This document shows, piece after piece, positions 1 to 12,912 of a DNA stretch of 64,000 nucleotides (the first letter of the stretch is position 1; every line of letters begins with the position of its first letter). The stretch is taken from NCBI GenBank assembly GCA_951406725.2, contig OX597815.1, forward strand, positions 106,578,001 to 106,642,000. Reading direction: 5' to 3'. The notes beneath the pieces are model-generated. The model was given only the letters and a program-made list of their open reading frames with translations, was not told the DNA's origin and made no database searches. Made by a program: the position numbers and the translations under genes. This DNA comes from Octopus vulgaris. Its lineage: Eukaryota.

Positions 1-242
1 AGTAATAATTGTGAAACTATAGTAGTAAACAAGTAAATAATAAGGTAAGGATTATTGTACTAATGGTGGAATTATAATAGTGAACAAGTAAATAATAACA
101 CAGAATGAGTAACAAGTGGCATTGTGAACCTTCGTAGGGTTCTTGAAGCATGACCTGTAAACAAGTGTCAGCGGTCTGTGGAGAGCTGAAACTTTCTATC
201 ATACTCAGCAAATTAAGTTTTGAGGCTTAATCACATAATAAT

Positions 243-420
243 AATGGTTTCAAATTTTTCCACAAGGGCAACCATTTTGGGGGAGAGGATTTGTCAATTA
301 CATTGACCTCAGTATACAACTGGTACTAATTTTATCGACCACGAAAGGATGAAAGGCAAAATCGACCACGGCGGAATTTGAACTCGGAACTTGCAGACAG
401 GCGAAGTGCCGCAAAGCATA
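243..420 (-). mobile_element. tRNA-derived SINE (family A, Meta/MESC-like central domain), degraded
   Basis: Reverse complement has B-box-like gttcaaattcc followed by gcctttcatcctttcg..gtcgataaaattagtaccagtt; same sequence recurs at 24542, 35075, 43211, 56452, 57989. Confidence 0.8.
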
Positions 421-466
421 CAGTTTATAGTAATTTCTAGGATAGAGTGTGTATATATATATATAT

Positions 467-1089
467 TAGAAATATTAAAATTACTAAGTCTCTCTAAAGG
501 AGATTACAGCAGCGTTACTGGATATTAATAGTTATCGCCATACTAATATGGTAGTCTATAAATATAAGACTAAAGCTGTCGCTGATTAGCTCCAAGAGGC
601 CATCGCCTCTAGCTAGCTATTTGACACACGAACCTGCGTCCATTACAAACCTTCGAACAGGGAGGTCAGCCGCTTCACCTTGCTAGTCAGACATCTGCAG
701 ACATGTTTCAGGGTTGTTGCCCTTTATCAATACAGCGTAGTCAGACCCGTAGGTGTCGCTACTGACCGTCTGTTCGAAGATTTTATTTACCTAGTTACAG
801 TGGAATACATCCACTTGTTTTCAATAATAGAAATATTAAAATTACTAAGTCTCTCTAAAGGAGATTACGGCAGCGTTACTGGATATTAATAGTTATCGCC
901 ATACTAATATGGTAGTCTATAAATATAAGACTAAAGCTGTCGCTGATTAGCTCCCCTGTTCGAAGGTTTGTAATAGACGCAGGATCGTGTGTCAAATAGC
1001 TAGAGGCGATTGCCTCTTGGAGCTAATCAGCGACAGCTTTAGTCTTATAGTTATAGACTACCATATTAGTATGGTGATAACTATTAATA
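467..1089 (-). mobile_element. Non-autonomous Penelope-like/retrozyme-like element: 361-bp unit + partial tandem copy + inverted arm
   Basis: 467-593 repeated at 828-954 (1 mismatch); 953-1089 is the reverse complement of ~523-662; contains a hammerhead fold at 695-735; no credible ORF. Confidence 0.7.
695..735 (-). ncRNA. Minimal type-I hammerhead ribozyme, U3-A8 core variant
   Basis: Minus strand: CUGUA-UUGAUAA-AGGG caacaa CCCU-GAAA-CAUG-UC-UGCAG; 5-bp stem I, 4-bp stem II, palindromic stem III (ACAUGU), GUC cleavage triplet. Confidence 0.75.
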
Positions 1090-2623
1090 AGTCTCTCTTT
1101 TGCGTGCACCAGTTTCAGAGACTTTGGAAAGGAAAAGAATACTACTTTCCCTCTGTGACTAAGCTATAACAATGTGTGTCACACTGTTCCGAATATCATT
1201 ATATAGATATAAAACTGATCTCTTTTTCATGTCATATACTCATTAGGTTAGTGTAGCGTACATAATGCAGTGAGCATCGCAAAAATCTAATTTGAAATAC
1301 CATTATGGTGAAGAAAAGGCAACATCAGCTAAATGTAAATACATTTTCATCATTTAGGCAGGTGCAGGAGAAATATTCGGGCAATTCCTGGTCATATTAG
1401 ACTTTTGTAGCAAGTATAAGCTTTACTGCACTTACCAAGTAGATGTTCAATACTGTACATGAGTAAGCACAGAAAACTAGTATTTAAAAAAAATTAAATA
1501 ACTTAATCAATAAGTATATACTTATTATCCTCAAACATATTGAAAGAAATAATATAAACTCTTCAAAACTTCAAAAGTATAGTCATAAGTTATTCTCTGA
1601 TACATTTTACAGATCTAATTCTTTTTTTGTATAAGTGAAAATAGCAACATCGATGCCGAGCTAACAAAAGAGGCCACTGCTTAGTGGCTCAGCCTAGTAG
1701 AAAGAGAAGCCTAATCTGCTTTTTAATTTTTAAAAAAGGAAGGACACATTGGATGTTGTTATCTTGGATACACTATTTGAAAAAGAGGTGGTGGTCATGG
1801 CGGAAATGATTTTCATCATAGATCGGCTCAATCAGAGTTGACTTGAGGCAAAACGATAACAGCAATGAAAACAAATATTTAATTTGATCCCGAAATCCAA
1901 AATAAAGACACATTTATGCAGAACTCAAAGATGAAACAATATCAGTGTAATATTTGTTGTCAACAGGCTAGCAGCATTTTAGGAGCAGGACAGATAAGAT
2001 TAATTATGTTATAACAACTGACAGGTGAAACAGCAAGAATTGCATATTTTGTGGAGGTTGGGTATGCGGTGATGAAACTTGCATTAAAGAAACAAATAAA
2101 TGGAGAAAAATATGTAGAATCGAAAGAAAATCCAACTAAGTATGATTCATAAACATCATTAATATTATAGATTAATTTCCATAAGGCTATGGCAGTTGCC
2201 GGAAATTAATCGAGAATATTTACATGACACTGGTTGATTATGTATGTATGTATGTATGTATAATATAATACAAATATATGCAATTACACACACACTTTCG
2301 TATGTAGGTATTTGAGCGCATAGATTTATATTCAGACTGTTCTTGCATCAAGAATAGTACTCTACCGCAAACATAATCTCCGTAATAGTATAATTCTAAC
2401 CAAAATATCCACTAGAGTAATAAGCGAAATTAACAACCTACCTTCCAATTAACCAACATTTTAACAATATAACAATGTAACCAGCCAATTAGTCAGCAAA
2501 GAGATAATCAGCGCACAAAAGACTTTTCGTTTTTTATATCTTCCTTAGAATTTAAGCTAGTTTGGTTTTACCAGAAGCTTGTAGCATAGACGTTAGTTTG
2601 TTTCCATGGATAATGGATATAAA

Positions 2624-2760
2624 TCTTCTTCTTCTTCTTCTTCTTCTTCTTCTTCTTCTTCTTCTTCTTCTTCTTCTTCTTCTTCTTCTTCTTCTTCTTC
2701 TTCTTCTTCTTCTTCTCCTCCTCCTCCTCCTCCTCCTCCTCCTCCTCCTCATTCTTCTTC
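2624..2760. repeat. (TTC)n(CTC)n microsatellite
   Basis: Seen directly; explains the poly-R/L/S ORFs. Confidence 0.97.
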
Positions 2761-3857
2761 TATTGGTCTCATCCATTGGACTCTGTCCATGCTGGAGTAT
2801 CGTTAAGAGTATAGTCGTTTGATTCGACCCCCACCCCACGAACATATTTGACTGGTATTTACTCGTTTTCGACCTCGGAAGAACTGAATTGCCAAGTGGA
2901 GCCGAACAAGACTCGAATTTAGAACTGAATACCACGAGGCATGTTGTCCTATGTTCTTGAGAAAGTGTCCTCCAACTTTTTAACAAAGCAGTAATATCTA
3001 ATAAAACACACATCTTGAAATAGCTTATGAGATATGATCCATAACGATTTTGATACGTAATATAAAAATTTTCTTTTTTTTTATCTCAGAGAAGATGCCT
3101 GCAGATATTATAATGAATATTTCAAGTTTCATAATCTTTACTGATGCAATTGCCAAATCAACTATTTTACTCATATTTTTATTTGTCATTTACTTTACCA
3201 TCTTAGTTTCTTGTATTAAGAATACAGTTTTTGGCTTTTATTTTTCAACAGTCCATAGAATAGTACGACTAACACATTGCTTCAGCCAGCTGTAATTCTT
3301 CCTCACAAGTGAACGTTATCAAATGAAAAAAAAATGCTTTAAATCAACTAGAAGCTTAGTTTTTCTTTACAATTTATAGTCTGTAAAGTTATATACCAGC
3401 AATGTCTATAAAATAAAAACATATCTTTATGAGAATTTTATGCCACTGTTATGAGTAATGTCCAACCATGACCATCTCGTTTTTTTTATTAAAAGAACAT
3501 ATAGAAAATTACATTATCAAATGTATTTTGTTATGCAACGTAGTAAGAGCGTGATTTCAGGAAAGTTTAACTGCTATTTCTGCTTTTGCCATTGTTTATG
3601 CTGTTGATGGTTATCTAGAGTAATTATCTTGTTTTATGCATTATGGATAGAAAAGTCAACCAACATCAGCCCGAGAGTGTAGCTTGGTAACATGTACACG
3701 GCTTTCGCAAATCGTTTAAGGTGCCCATGGAGTTGGGAGCAGACACAGAGGCCCACTCACCCACTTTCCCTTCCCTTGACCCAGTGGAACATCGAAGATG
3801 TGATAGCTGAAGAGACAGAGGGCAACATCATCACCCTGGGACAGAGGGCAACATCAT

Positions 3858-3987
3858 CACTTATTTATAGCTGAGTAGACTGGAAGCAACTTGACATGAA
3901 ATACTCTGTTATAAGCACAGAACGCACCACTCGGTCCTAAATTTGAACTCATGACCTTATTATCAAGAGCCGAACACTATAGCCACA
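3858..3987 (-). mobile_element. Degraded CORE-type SINE
   Basis: agctgagtagactgg..caac..gaaat motif plus tRNA-like head remnant, similar to 20456-20767. Confidence 0.55.
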
Positions 3988-5629
3988 AGGACATGCACTT
4001 TCACCTGAACCATAGATATTCATACAACTGTGGATTCTGTAGATGTTGCTGCTGCACAAGCTCCCAAATGGATTACAAACTAACATGTCAAGACTTGCGT
4101 TGCCATGGAAACATTGAACATTGACAGCATTAAAGATTATCCAACTCACATTCCAGCATTAATCTTTCTTTCATTCTCCCCATTCCCACGTCTAAAGAAT
4201 ACTGTCAGAATTCCAATCAAAAGACTTTAGAACTTTACAATAATTGTTTCAGTATTTCCAATCTCCTGTATTGATGATTGAATTGTTCTTTTTATTGGAT
4301 GTGAATGTTCCTAGCTGGCATGATTCGGAGGTAGGAAAGACCATTGCCTTCGAGTTGTCCTCGATTGTTATTTATGTTGTTACTGTTATTTAAATTGTTG
4401 ATTTTGCTTTCAAGAAATGATGCCATTGATGTATTGTGTGCAGACAATATATCAATGAGACTGTAAATTATTAATACGGATCTCTTAACTCCAATGGCAT
4501 GTAACGAAGATCCGTTTCTAATTCAAATATGATCTCTGTAGCATAATCTGAAGTTATTGGAGTGTTGTGAGCATTCGCAAAGTTGTGTCTGTTTTTGTTG
4601 CTAATGATGCTGATGATATTATTGGGTTTTAAATAAAAAAAGATAAAAACAATAAAGCAATAGACTAAAATCCTCTGATCTATTTATATATTTACCTGAG
4701 TCATGTTCTGGGCTGCAATAATAATACATTATATAAGTTTCTGGAAAACTTAAAGACCTAAGAATATGAACAGTTACAAAATATTCTTTAACCCTGTCAG
4801 TGTTACCAAAAGGTATTTTAGAGTAAGTGAAACAAACTTACAAGTAGAATAGTATGTCCAAGAAGTGATATTTGTCCTATGTCGGATCACCGAAACTGCT
4901 ATTGAATGTCAAACAAAAGTATGTTTACAACCAATTTTTTTTTTTAGCAAGAATAGTTTCCTTTCATAAGTATAGTGAAAGAATTAATATGGATGAAGTT
5001 GAAAGTGCTGAGGTTAGGATTTTCTCCTCCTACTAAATATTTACAATATAGTTTGACTCGGCAAGAAGACAGAGAGCGACTGAGCGAGTGAGTATGAGAA
5101 AGAGAAACTCCACATTTGAGTAAATTTTAAGAAAAATGACAAATATGTTTGATATAAGGGAAGTATACACTTCTGTTGCCTGTGAAAGCAGATCAAGGGA
5201 GGAAATGTACGTATGGAAGGCGATCGGTTTGATTGATCCTTACTGAAGGACTGTACTCATTCTCTGACTGAAAGAAAGGAAGAATTATGAAAACAGTACA
5301 AAGTATGTTTCAGAACAGAAGCAGTATGTTTCTTTTTATTTGTTGGTTAAAAATGAAAAGATTCATCCTCTTTAGGCTTATCTACGCCTGAAGATTAGGG
5401 TAGCCGAGTTAAGTTAATGCAACTAATGTTCAGTCTATTATTGCTTGAGATTTCTCATCTGAGAGAGGGAGAGAGAGAAAGAAAAAGGAGAGAGAGAGAG
5501 AGAGAGAGAGAGGAGGAAGAGAGGGAGATAGAGGGAGAGAAGAAGAGAAGGAGAGAGGGGAACGAAGAGCCAGGACAAAATTTACAATGAATGGAAGTAA
5601 TTCTAGGGAAAAGAAATTGTGTGTGGATG

Positions 5630-5880
5630 ATGCATGTGGGAGAATGCTGGAGAAGAACGCAGGGTTATGCCATCTGCATAAAAGTGGGCGTTACTGGAGG
5701 TGGCAGCAAGTAGATCTTCGGTATATAAAGAATTAGAATGAGGGACAAAGCCAAACCCTAGGAAACACCAGAATTGATTGAATGTGGAGTCAAAGAGCTC
5801 CGTCAGCACATGCTGCAACAGGACGATCGGATAGGAGTCTACCGATCAAAGTGAGCACGAAAAATAGGTAGAGGTGTTAG
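5630..5880 (-). pseudogene. Decayed LINE reverse-transcriptase fragment (CR1/L2/Jockey group)
   Basis: Translation ..LYTEDLLAATSSNAHFYADGITL.. resembles the F(I)NDL...YADD RT motifs. Confidence 0.55.
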
Positions 5881-7864
5881 AGCCGGTGTTTGTGCTAGGC
5901 CTACTATTTATTAGTAAGACATACTAGCTATTACTAATCATACTACTCACTTTTAACTTTAGAAAAAAATATCATACAGGCAAAATGCTTCGTAGTACTT
6001 AATTACATTTCTCTACGTCCAAATTTTCCTGGGTTCGACTTCATGTTTCGTAGATCGATAATAAAAATACCAGCAATATGCTAGGGATGGATTGTAACGA
6101 CTATATTTCCTTCCTACACAGTTTCGCTTTGTAGTAACGCTAAACATCAATAATGAAACCGATCGTTTTGTTTCTGTTCTTTGTTACTATCGCACTCTGT
6201 CTGATAGATCGCCATCTGTCTGCCTGTTTAGATATTTATCATTATATTATTGTCCGTGTCTCTACTCTTTCTCACTTCTCTATCTGTCTGTTTGTCTGTG
6301 TCTGTTTGTCTCTCCACACGCACACGCATGCACACACACACACACACTCATAAATATACATATATACGTATGCCTGTTTGTCTGTATGCCTGTCTATGTG
6401 TATGTATGAATGTATGTATGTTATATCTATATTTGTGTACTAACTTGTATTTCTTTCAATAAATTACTTATGTATACAAACAAATATACACACATATATA
6501 AATCTATGTTCATATATGTACACACGCATATAGACACATATATCATACGTTATCTATTAATATCTCTTCCACAACACTATATCCCCCTTATTTTCTATGA
6601 CGCAATCTTTCCTTCTCTTTCTTTGTTTCTTTGTCCTTTTTAACAATCATAATTGCCTCTCTGATATATTCAACGTTATTCAAAAAATGTTCTCTGTATA
6701 CATCCTGTTTTTGTTTCAGATCTATTGAATTATTTGATATGTTCTATTGACATCATTAACATAAGGCAACGAAATCTTTCTCTTTATTAATAAAATACAC
6801 TCGCTAATAAAAACCACTGAAACATAAGCAACTACATGCACTTTAGAGAGTATCTATGTTTGCATACATGAAAAAACAAAACAAAACAAAAACACACACA
6901 CACTCGCAAACTCGCGTGCACACATACACATACTATAGATTAGGAACACAAGCATGACTTGACAGTGAAATACATATCAGATTTACAAAAATGATTTACA
7001 TCGACTGTCATCTACGTAACGTATATTAACACTGATTATATTTTTGCTGTTCTTCAGGTCTCTCAGATGGACAGGTTGTTTATTTTCGTTTTATGTGAAT
7101 TCATGTGTTGCATTTATGAATTCTTCGTTTAACGGGCAATTTCTTTTACCATAACAACGGTTCATCACGCGTTTATTGTCGATATTTTTTCCTCTTTGCT
7201 GCCTCCAAACTGACGGGTTCATAAAGGTGAAGCTAATAATTTTTGTTTCATTATTGTCTTCTTTCTGCGAAGTCTGTTGTATTTCTTATAGCGTTCTCTC
7301 TATTTCTGTCAACTGAACAAATAAAATGCGATGGGCAATGTCTATTCTGGACATTACTACTAAAGGTAAAATATTGTATTTGCACATGCAAACTTTATAA
7401 GAAATAATTTCATTGGTTAAAATAGTAATTTTCTTAAAGGAGGCATAAGACAGGAAAAATAATCAAAATAGAGCAACGAAGACTGTACAGATATCCTAAG
7501 AAACTAGGAAAAAGGTGCAAAATCGAGAACAGTAATAATTTTAAATTTTAGCTTTTATCCCCATTGATTCAAAATGAAGATTTAACACAAATATGTCTAA
7601 TTGCCGGGGTTTGGTGTAAACGTTTATTCTATTTGTTTCTGATTTTTAATGGCGGAGCAAGTTTACAAAAAGCTGCGATTTTTGAGGATATCTTAGATCA
7701 ATGTGTAAATGTATATCCATTAATAGACACAGAAAACACTTAGCCACTGTACACCCCTCTCTCTCTGTCTCCATGCAGACCCACCCAGGCTAATCTATTT
7801 CAGCAGGCTTTGCGCTTCTCACCATCTCTATTATTTACGTCCCAATCAATCCACCAAAGATTGT

Positions 7865-7966
7865 TATTGATCGTTCATTCACCAAAGTGCAAATTTGTGT
7901 CTTTATCATATATATATATATATGATAAAGACACAGATTTGCACTTTCGTGAATGAACGATCAATA
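7865..7966. repeat. Inverted repeat centred on a (TA)n tract
   Basis: tattgatcgttcattcaccaaagtgcaaatttgtgtctttatca-(TA)n-tgataaagacacagatttgcactttcgtgaatgaacgatcaata; near-perfect arms of ~44 bp. Confidence 0.9.
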
Positions 7967-8006
7967 TAATATATATATACATATACACGTATATATATAT
8001 GTGTAT

Positions 8007-8041
<35 letters not shown>

Positions 8042-8109
8042 CGTATATATATATATATATATGAATATACATGTGTTTATATATATACATGTGTATGTAT
8101 AATATTACC

Positions 8110-8392
8110 GAACACTCCGTCGGTTACGACGACGAGGGTCCCAGCTGATACGATCAACGAGAAATTAACTTGCAAGTGGTTGAGCACTCCACAGACACTT
8201 ATACTCTTAATGCAGTTCTCAGGGAGATTCAGCGTGACACAGAGTGTGACAGAGTAGGCTCTTTGAAATACAGGTACTACTCATTTTTGCCAGCTGAGTG
8301 GACTGGATCAACGTGAAATAAAGTGTCTTGCTCAATGACATAACGCGTCCCTGAGAATTGGGCTCACGACCTTACGATTGTAAGCCGAATGT
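8110..8392 (-). mobile_element. CORE-type SINE (family B)
   Basis: Minus strand has a tRNA-like head then ttgagcaagacactttatttcacgttg..ccagtccactcagctggcaaaaatgag (MIR/CORE-like); homologous copy at 59910-60225. Confidence 0.8.
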
Positions 8393-8441
8393 TCTATGTA
8401 TATATATATATATATATATAATTTATATATGTATATATATG

Positions 8442-8670
8442 TATTATAAGATGGAGTCCGGTCAAGGATATTTTATATGATGTTAGGGATGTTGTTTTCT
8501 TGGTTCCGGTGTCTCTTGATGAAATTGGACAAGGAGATGAAGTTTTCCTGTACCGACACATGAACGAGTGCATGTATTGCACAAATATTTCCGTTTGTTC
8601 GAGTAATGCATCTTGACGTCGTCGGATAGTGGGAGAATGGCTTTATAGATCACAGCCTGTGGAAAATTTT
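8442..8670 (-). pseudogene. Decayed Penelope-like GIY-YIG endonuclease fragment
   Basis: Frameshifted translation AVIYKA...MHSF...SLSNFI...NII*NILDRTPSYN follows the PLE endonuclease pattern VYKA..H..SF..T.LS..I..W.I...SY. Confidence 0.55.
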
Positions 8671-9099
8671 AAACGTTATATTATTACAGTTTGGAACGTG
8701 GGGCAAAAACTGTAAGTGTGTGATGGCTTCCTTTATAGCGTGCAATGTAGGAAGCGACCTTATCTAAGCATCAAAAGCAAACTCTGACCTTATGAGAATC
8801 CAGGACTTAACGATATATCTGGGTTTTATGGGGAAATGCTGTTTCTAGCTTCCTGATACTAATCAGATCTAGGTTGAGCAGGGATTAAGCTAGATTACGT
8901 TTCTCTCCTTAATTTTCCAGGTCTGGGAGCGAGGATGGGATCCTCCATTAACATCAACTTATTTGTAAAGTCACTTCTGATCTGTTACTCTTAGAACACA
9001 AATTTATATGTAACCTAAGACCATCAAACAGACAGCCGACGTGAACGTCCTGTTTGTATTCCACGGAGAGTATGTAATAAAAGAACTATTGTTGCTGGA

Positions 9100-10061
9100 T
9101 AGCTGAAGCATGCACGTGATCTGAACTGACCACTGGAGGTCTACATGTTCCCAACAAGACGGAGAGCCACTGGTTTGCTTAAGTTAGTGATTGTCTGATC
9201 TGTTACCAAAGGCGTGTGTAGTCGTGCATTGTCATGGTGAATGTAAATCATTTTCTGATTCTTGTTCGGTTTCTTCCTCCCGACGGCTTTTCTAAACTCG
9301 CTGTTCACGGTACAGCTACGCACTAGAAAATCAAAGAGCACGATGTCATCCCGCGCAACCACTATAACTTTCTGTGCTGATTGTTGGCACTTGAAATCCT
9401 TAGGCCTTGAAGAAGAGGTGTGACACCATTCCATGGACTGAGCCTTAGTTTCCAGGTAAAAAAGACATGTTCACGTTCCATCTTCTGTTACTAGATCAAA
9501 AAATATAGTGTTATCATTGGCTTCAAACACTTCCAGCAAATAGAACCAGATTTCTACACTTCTCTCCTTCAAATTGGGTGCCAACTACCAACTACTTTGC
9601 AGACTCCTATACCCGCAATCTTCCATCATATTTTGCAATGCATTGTGACCACAGTCCAGTTGTGCTGAACAGCTATGAATTATGATTCACCTGTCTGTGA
9701 GAATCAATTCGTCCACTCCCTGGCGACATGTGTTAGTAATCGCAGTTCGTGATCTCCCACCGTGCAGTTTATTTTCGCTGTTGATTCCCTCTTTATAATT
9801 TTTCAGTCTTCTGTGTACATTATTCTTATCAATGGCCTCACCTCTGTAAACACCCTGTAGTTTTCTTTGGATACCAGATAGCCTGCACCCCCCTTCGCCA
9901 AGAACTTAATGACAGCATGTTGTGTCTTCTTATACCTCATTATTTGTCTGTTAAGAAGAGTAAGAAGAGTTACTCTACCAACATGTGCAGTTTGAACGAC
10001 CTATGTCAGTGCATAAAAATGTTATGCCTACTTTTGTATTACTTTCGGTGGAACCATCATA
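9100..10061 (-). mobile_element. Degraded mariner (Tc1/mariner) transposon
   Basis: ATG at 9940 gives MRYKKTQHAVIKFLAKGG; later QSMEWCH..PKDFKCQQSAQKV and IHHDNARLHT (second catalytic D); TIR-like end near 10040-10061; many stops and frameshifts. Confidence 0.85.
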
Positions 10062-10724
10062 TATACATGCATATATGAACAGACACGCATACACATACAT
10101 GTATATGTATATACATGCATATGTATATGCCTATGTGTATGTTTCTATGGCGTATTTCTGGTTACTATAAACTGATGCTGGTTCAATTGCTTCAAGCATT
10201 TGTAACATCACATGTGTGTAATGGAAATAATAAAAACATGTCTGACCTAAACGAACAATTATTTCACCAAGTACTCTACTATAATCAGTCAATTATAAAG
10301 CAATGAAATAAAAAAAGACATCATATATGACCCGAAGATATTCCTTTTAATCATAAAACTACTAAATACTCATTAGATGCAATAATTAGCTTTGAGATAT
10401 GGAGAATTATAATTTAATTATAGCAATTAGATAATTAAAGAAACTAACGATTTGATGGCTTGTTCACCTGGAAAAAGGCCAAAATTTTGAAATAAAAATG
10501 AAGTTATCATAAAGTTTTGGTACCATTTTAGTGTTTGTCAGTAGAGTTAAAACTTGTCGAAAAGTCTTCCCAATGCAGATAAATGGAATGGAACAGCAAT
10601 AATAAGAGAAAAACAACTACTCCATTATCTGAAGCTCAGACGATGTATGATCATGAGACATTTTTTGATCAATAATTTTTTAAAAGTGCTTTGATGTAGG
10701 CAGAACTGAATCCACCTACCGATA

Positions 10725-10920
<196 letters not shown>

Positions 10921-11677
10921 AGTCTATCTGTCTGTCTTTTGTCTATCTGTCTGTCTGTCTATTTATCTGCACATATGCATGTAATCTATGTACGTTATAA
11001 GTAATGTATATGTGACATATACATGCACACAGCTACACACACACATAGACACACACACATTATACATAGCATGTATATACATATATATATATATATATAG
11101 CTTGTACACAGCATATATATATATACATATTCATTACGTGAATACACATACATAGTCACACACACGCATACACATGCTTATATTGTGCAAATATTTATGC
11201 TTATACATGTATGAATATTTACATACTTTGGATATATATATATATATATATATTCATGCAAATATACATCAATATGAATATATATAATAAACGCATGCAT
11301 ACATATATTTATTGCAATATTCGACAAAATCTCGATTTAATATATTTATCACAAAATTTATTTCGTCAAATCTTTTATATTTCTTTTGACATGATATATT
11401 TATATATATTTAAAATATAATTCTTTAGTTTATTGTCTGTAACAGAATTTGGCAACCGTGCCAATTCTGCGAGAAAGGCTATGTTTGGCAACATCCATTC
11501 CTGACAACTAATGTATCATGACTCATAGTATCGGAAATAGATTCACATAAGCAGCAAAGAAAGAAAAAATTCCTAATAATACTTCGGAAAGTGAATGAAA
11601 TTTCTCTACCTGTTTATGTTTAAATTTCAGCACACATTTATGTGAGAAAATATCCCTTTACATACGTACATAAACAC

Positions 11678-11765
<88 letters not shown>

Positions 11766-11967
11766 GCCTGCCTGCCTGCCTGCCTGCCTGCTTACCTACT
11801 TACTTACCTACCTACCTACTTACATGCATACATACATACATACCTACCTACATACATACATAAATACATACATGCAGACATACATATATACATACATACA
11901 TATGTAATATATGTGTGTGTGTGTGTATGTGTGTGTGTATGTGTGTGTGTGTGTGTGTGTTTCATAA

Positions 11968-12302
11968 AGGCATCTGGCCTAGTAGTTAGAGTGTTTCTCT
12001 CACAATCTGGTTATCGTGAGTTCTATTCTTGGCGTGTTGTGTTCTCGACCAAAACACTTCATCTCATGTTGCTCTAATGTTGTGTGGGGACCGGCATGCT
12101 AAAGTATAGAGCCAATGTTTCTTCCGTGTGTCGCAAAAGGCGACTAAAAGAGATTGAAGTAGGATTTACACTCCTACACCGTAATACCCTCACCAGCAAC
12201 GACTACCCAAACGGACCTCATGCCACAGAGGTGTCGTCCGGCAGGAGTAGAGAATCACCAATAAATGGTGGATGCAGCGACGTGCTGGAACAGGTCATGC
12301 CT

Positions 12303-12383
<81 letters not shown>

Positions 12384-12395
12384 TTATTATTATTA
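11968..12395 (+). mobile_element. tRNA-head/CORE SINE followed by a (CTA)n tract
   Basis: tggcctagtagttag A-box-like head, CORE-like tgtgttctcgaccaaaacacttcatctcatgttgctc, then (cta)n 12302-12395. Confidence 0.6.
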
Positions 12396-12396
12396 G

Positions 12397-12635
12397 ATCC
12401 ATCATGGCGTCTGATGTGGCTTTTTAAACCAGACAGTGTATTTAAAAGACACCCACATAGATTGCATAACTGATTTGGACCACCAGGAGCTGCAATTTAG
12501 TTCTGATCTTTATGGATCTTAAAATGTCTTTTGGGGCCTCCGTTTGATTTGCAGACCTTGTGGCATACACGGCATTGAACAGTGTTCACAGATATATAGG
12601 CAGAGTAGTTGATGGAGGTTTGTTTTTCATAGGCC
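12397..12635 (-). pseudogene. Two C2H2 zinc fingers with an internal stop, probably the 3' end of an RTE-type LINE ORF
   Basis: In frame: CRVCHKVCKSNGGPKRHFKIH KDQN* IAAPGGPNQL CNLCGCLLNTLSGLKSHIRRH; flanked by microsatellites. Confidence 0.6.
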
Positions 12636-12750
12636 CGCATATATATATATAAACACACACACGCACACACATACACACACAAATATATGGGTGTTTTTAG
12701 ATACATACTTTTGCGCAAAATTTTTGCCCTTTTGTGTACATTTGGATGCT

Positions 12751-12912
12751 TAGGTTGTGTAATCGGTTAGCACACTTATCACGAATATAAGAGGAATGGG
12801 TTCGATTATCATGCGTAATAATACCCATTTTTAAGGTCGAGTAGGTTGGTGTAATCGGTTAGTACACTTATTACGAATATAAGAGGTATGGGTTCGATTC
12901 CCATGCGTTCTA
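12751..12912 (+). pseudogene. Two tandem tRNA-like units (91-bp period)
   Basis: Copy 2 has A box tggtgtaatcgg, D arm, stem cttat/ataag with 7-nt loop and T arm atggg-ttcgatt-cccat; poor acceptor stem, no U33. Confidence 0.6.

Noticed and set aside
7031-7080. Branch point/polypyrimidine/CAG acceptor with a possible 17-nt micro-exon
   Set aside because: Weak donor (GTTGTT), no homology; such sites are frequent by chance.
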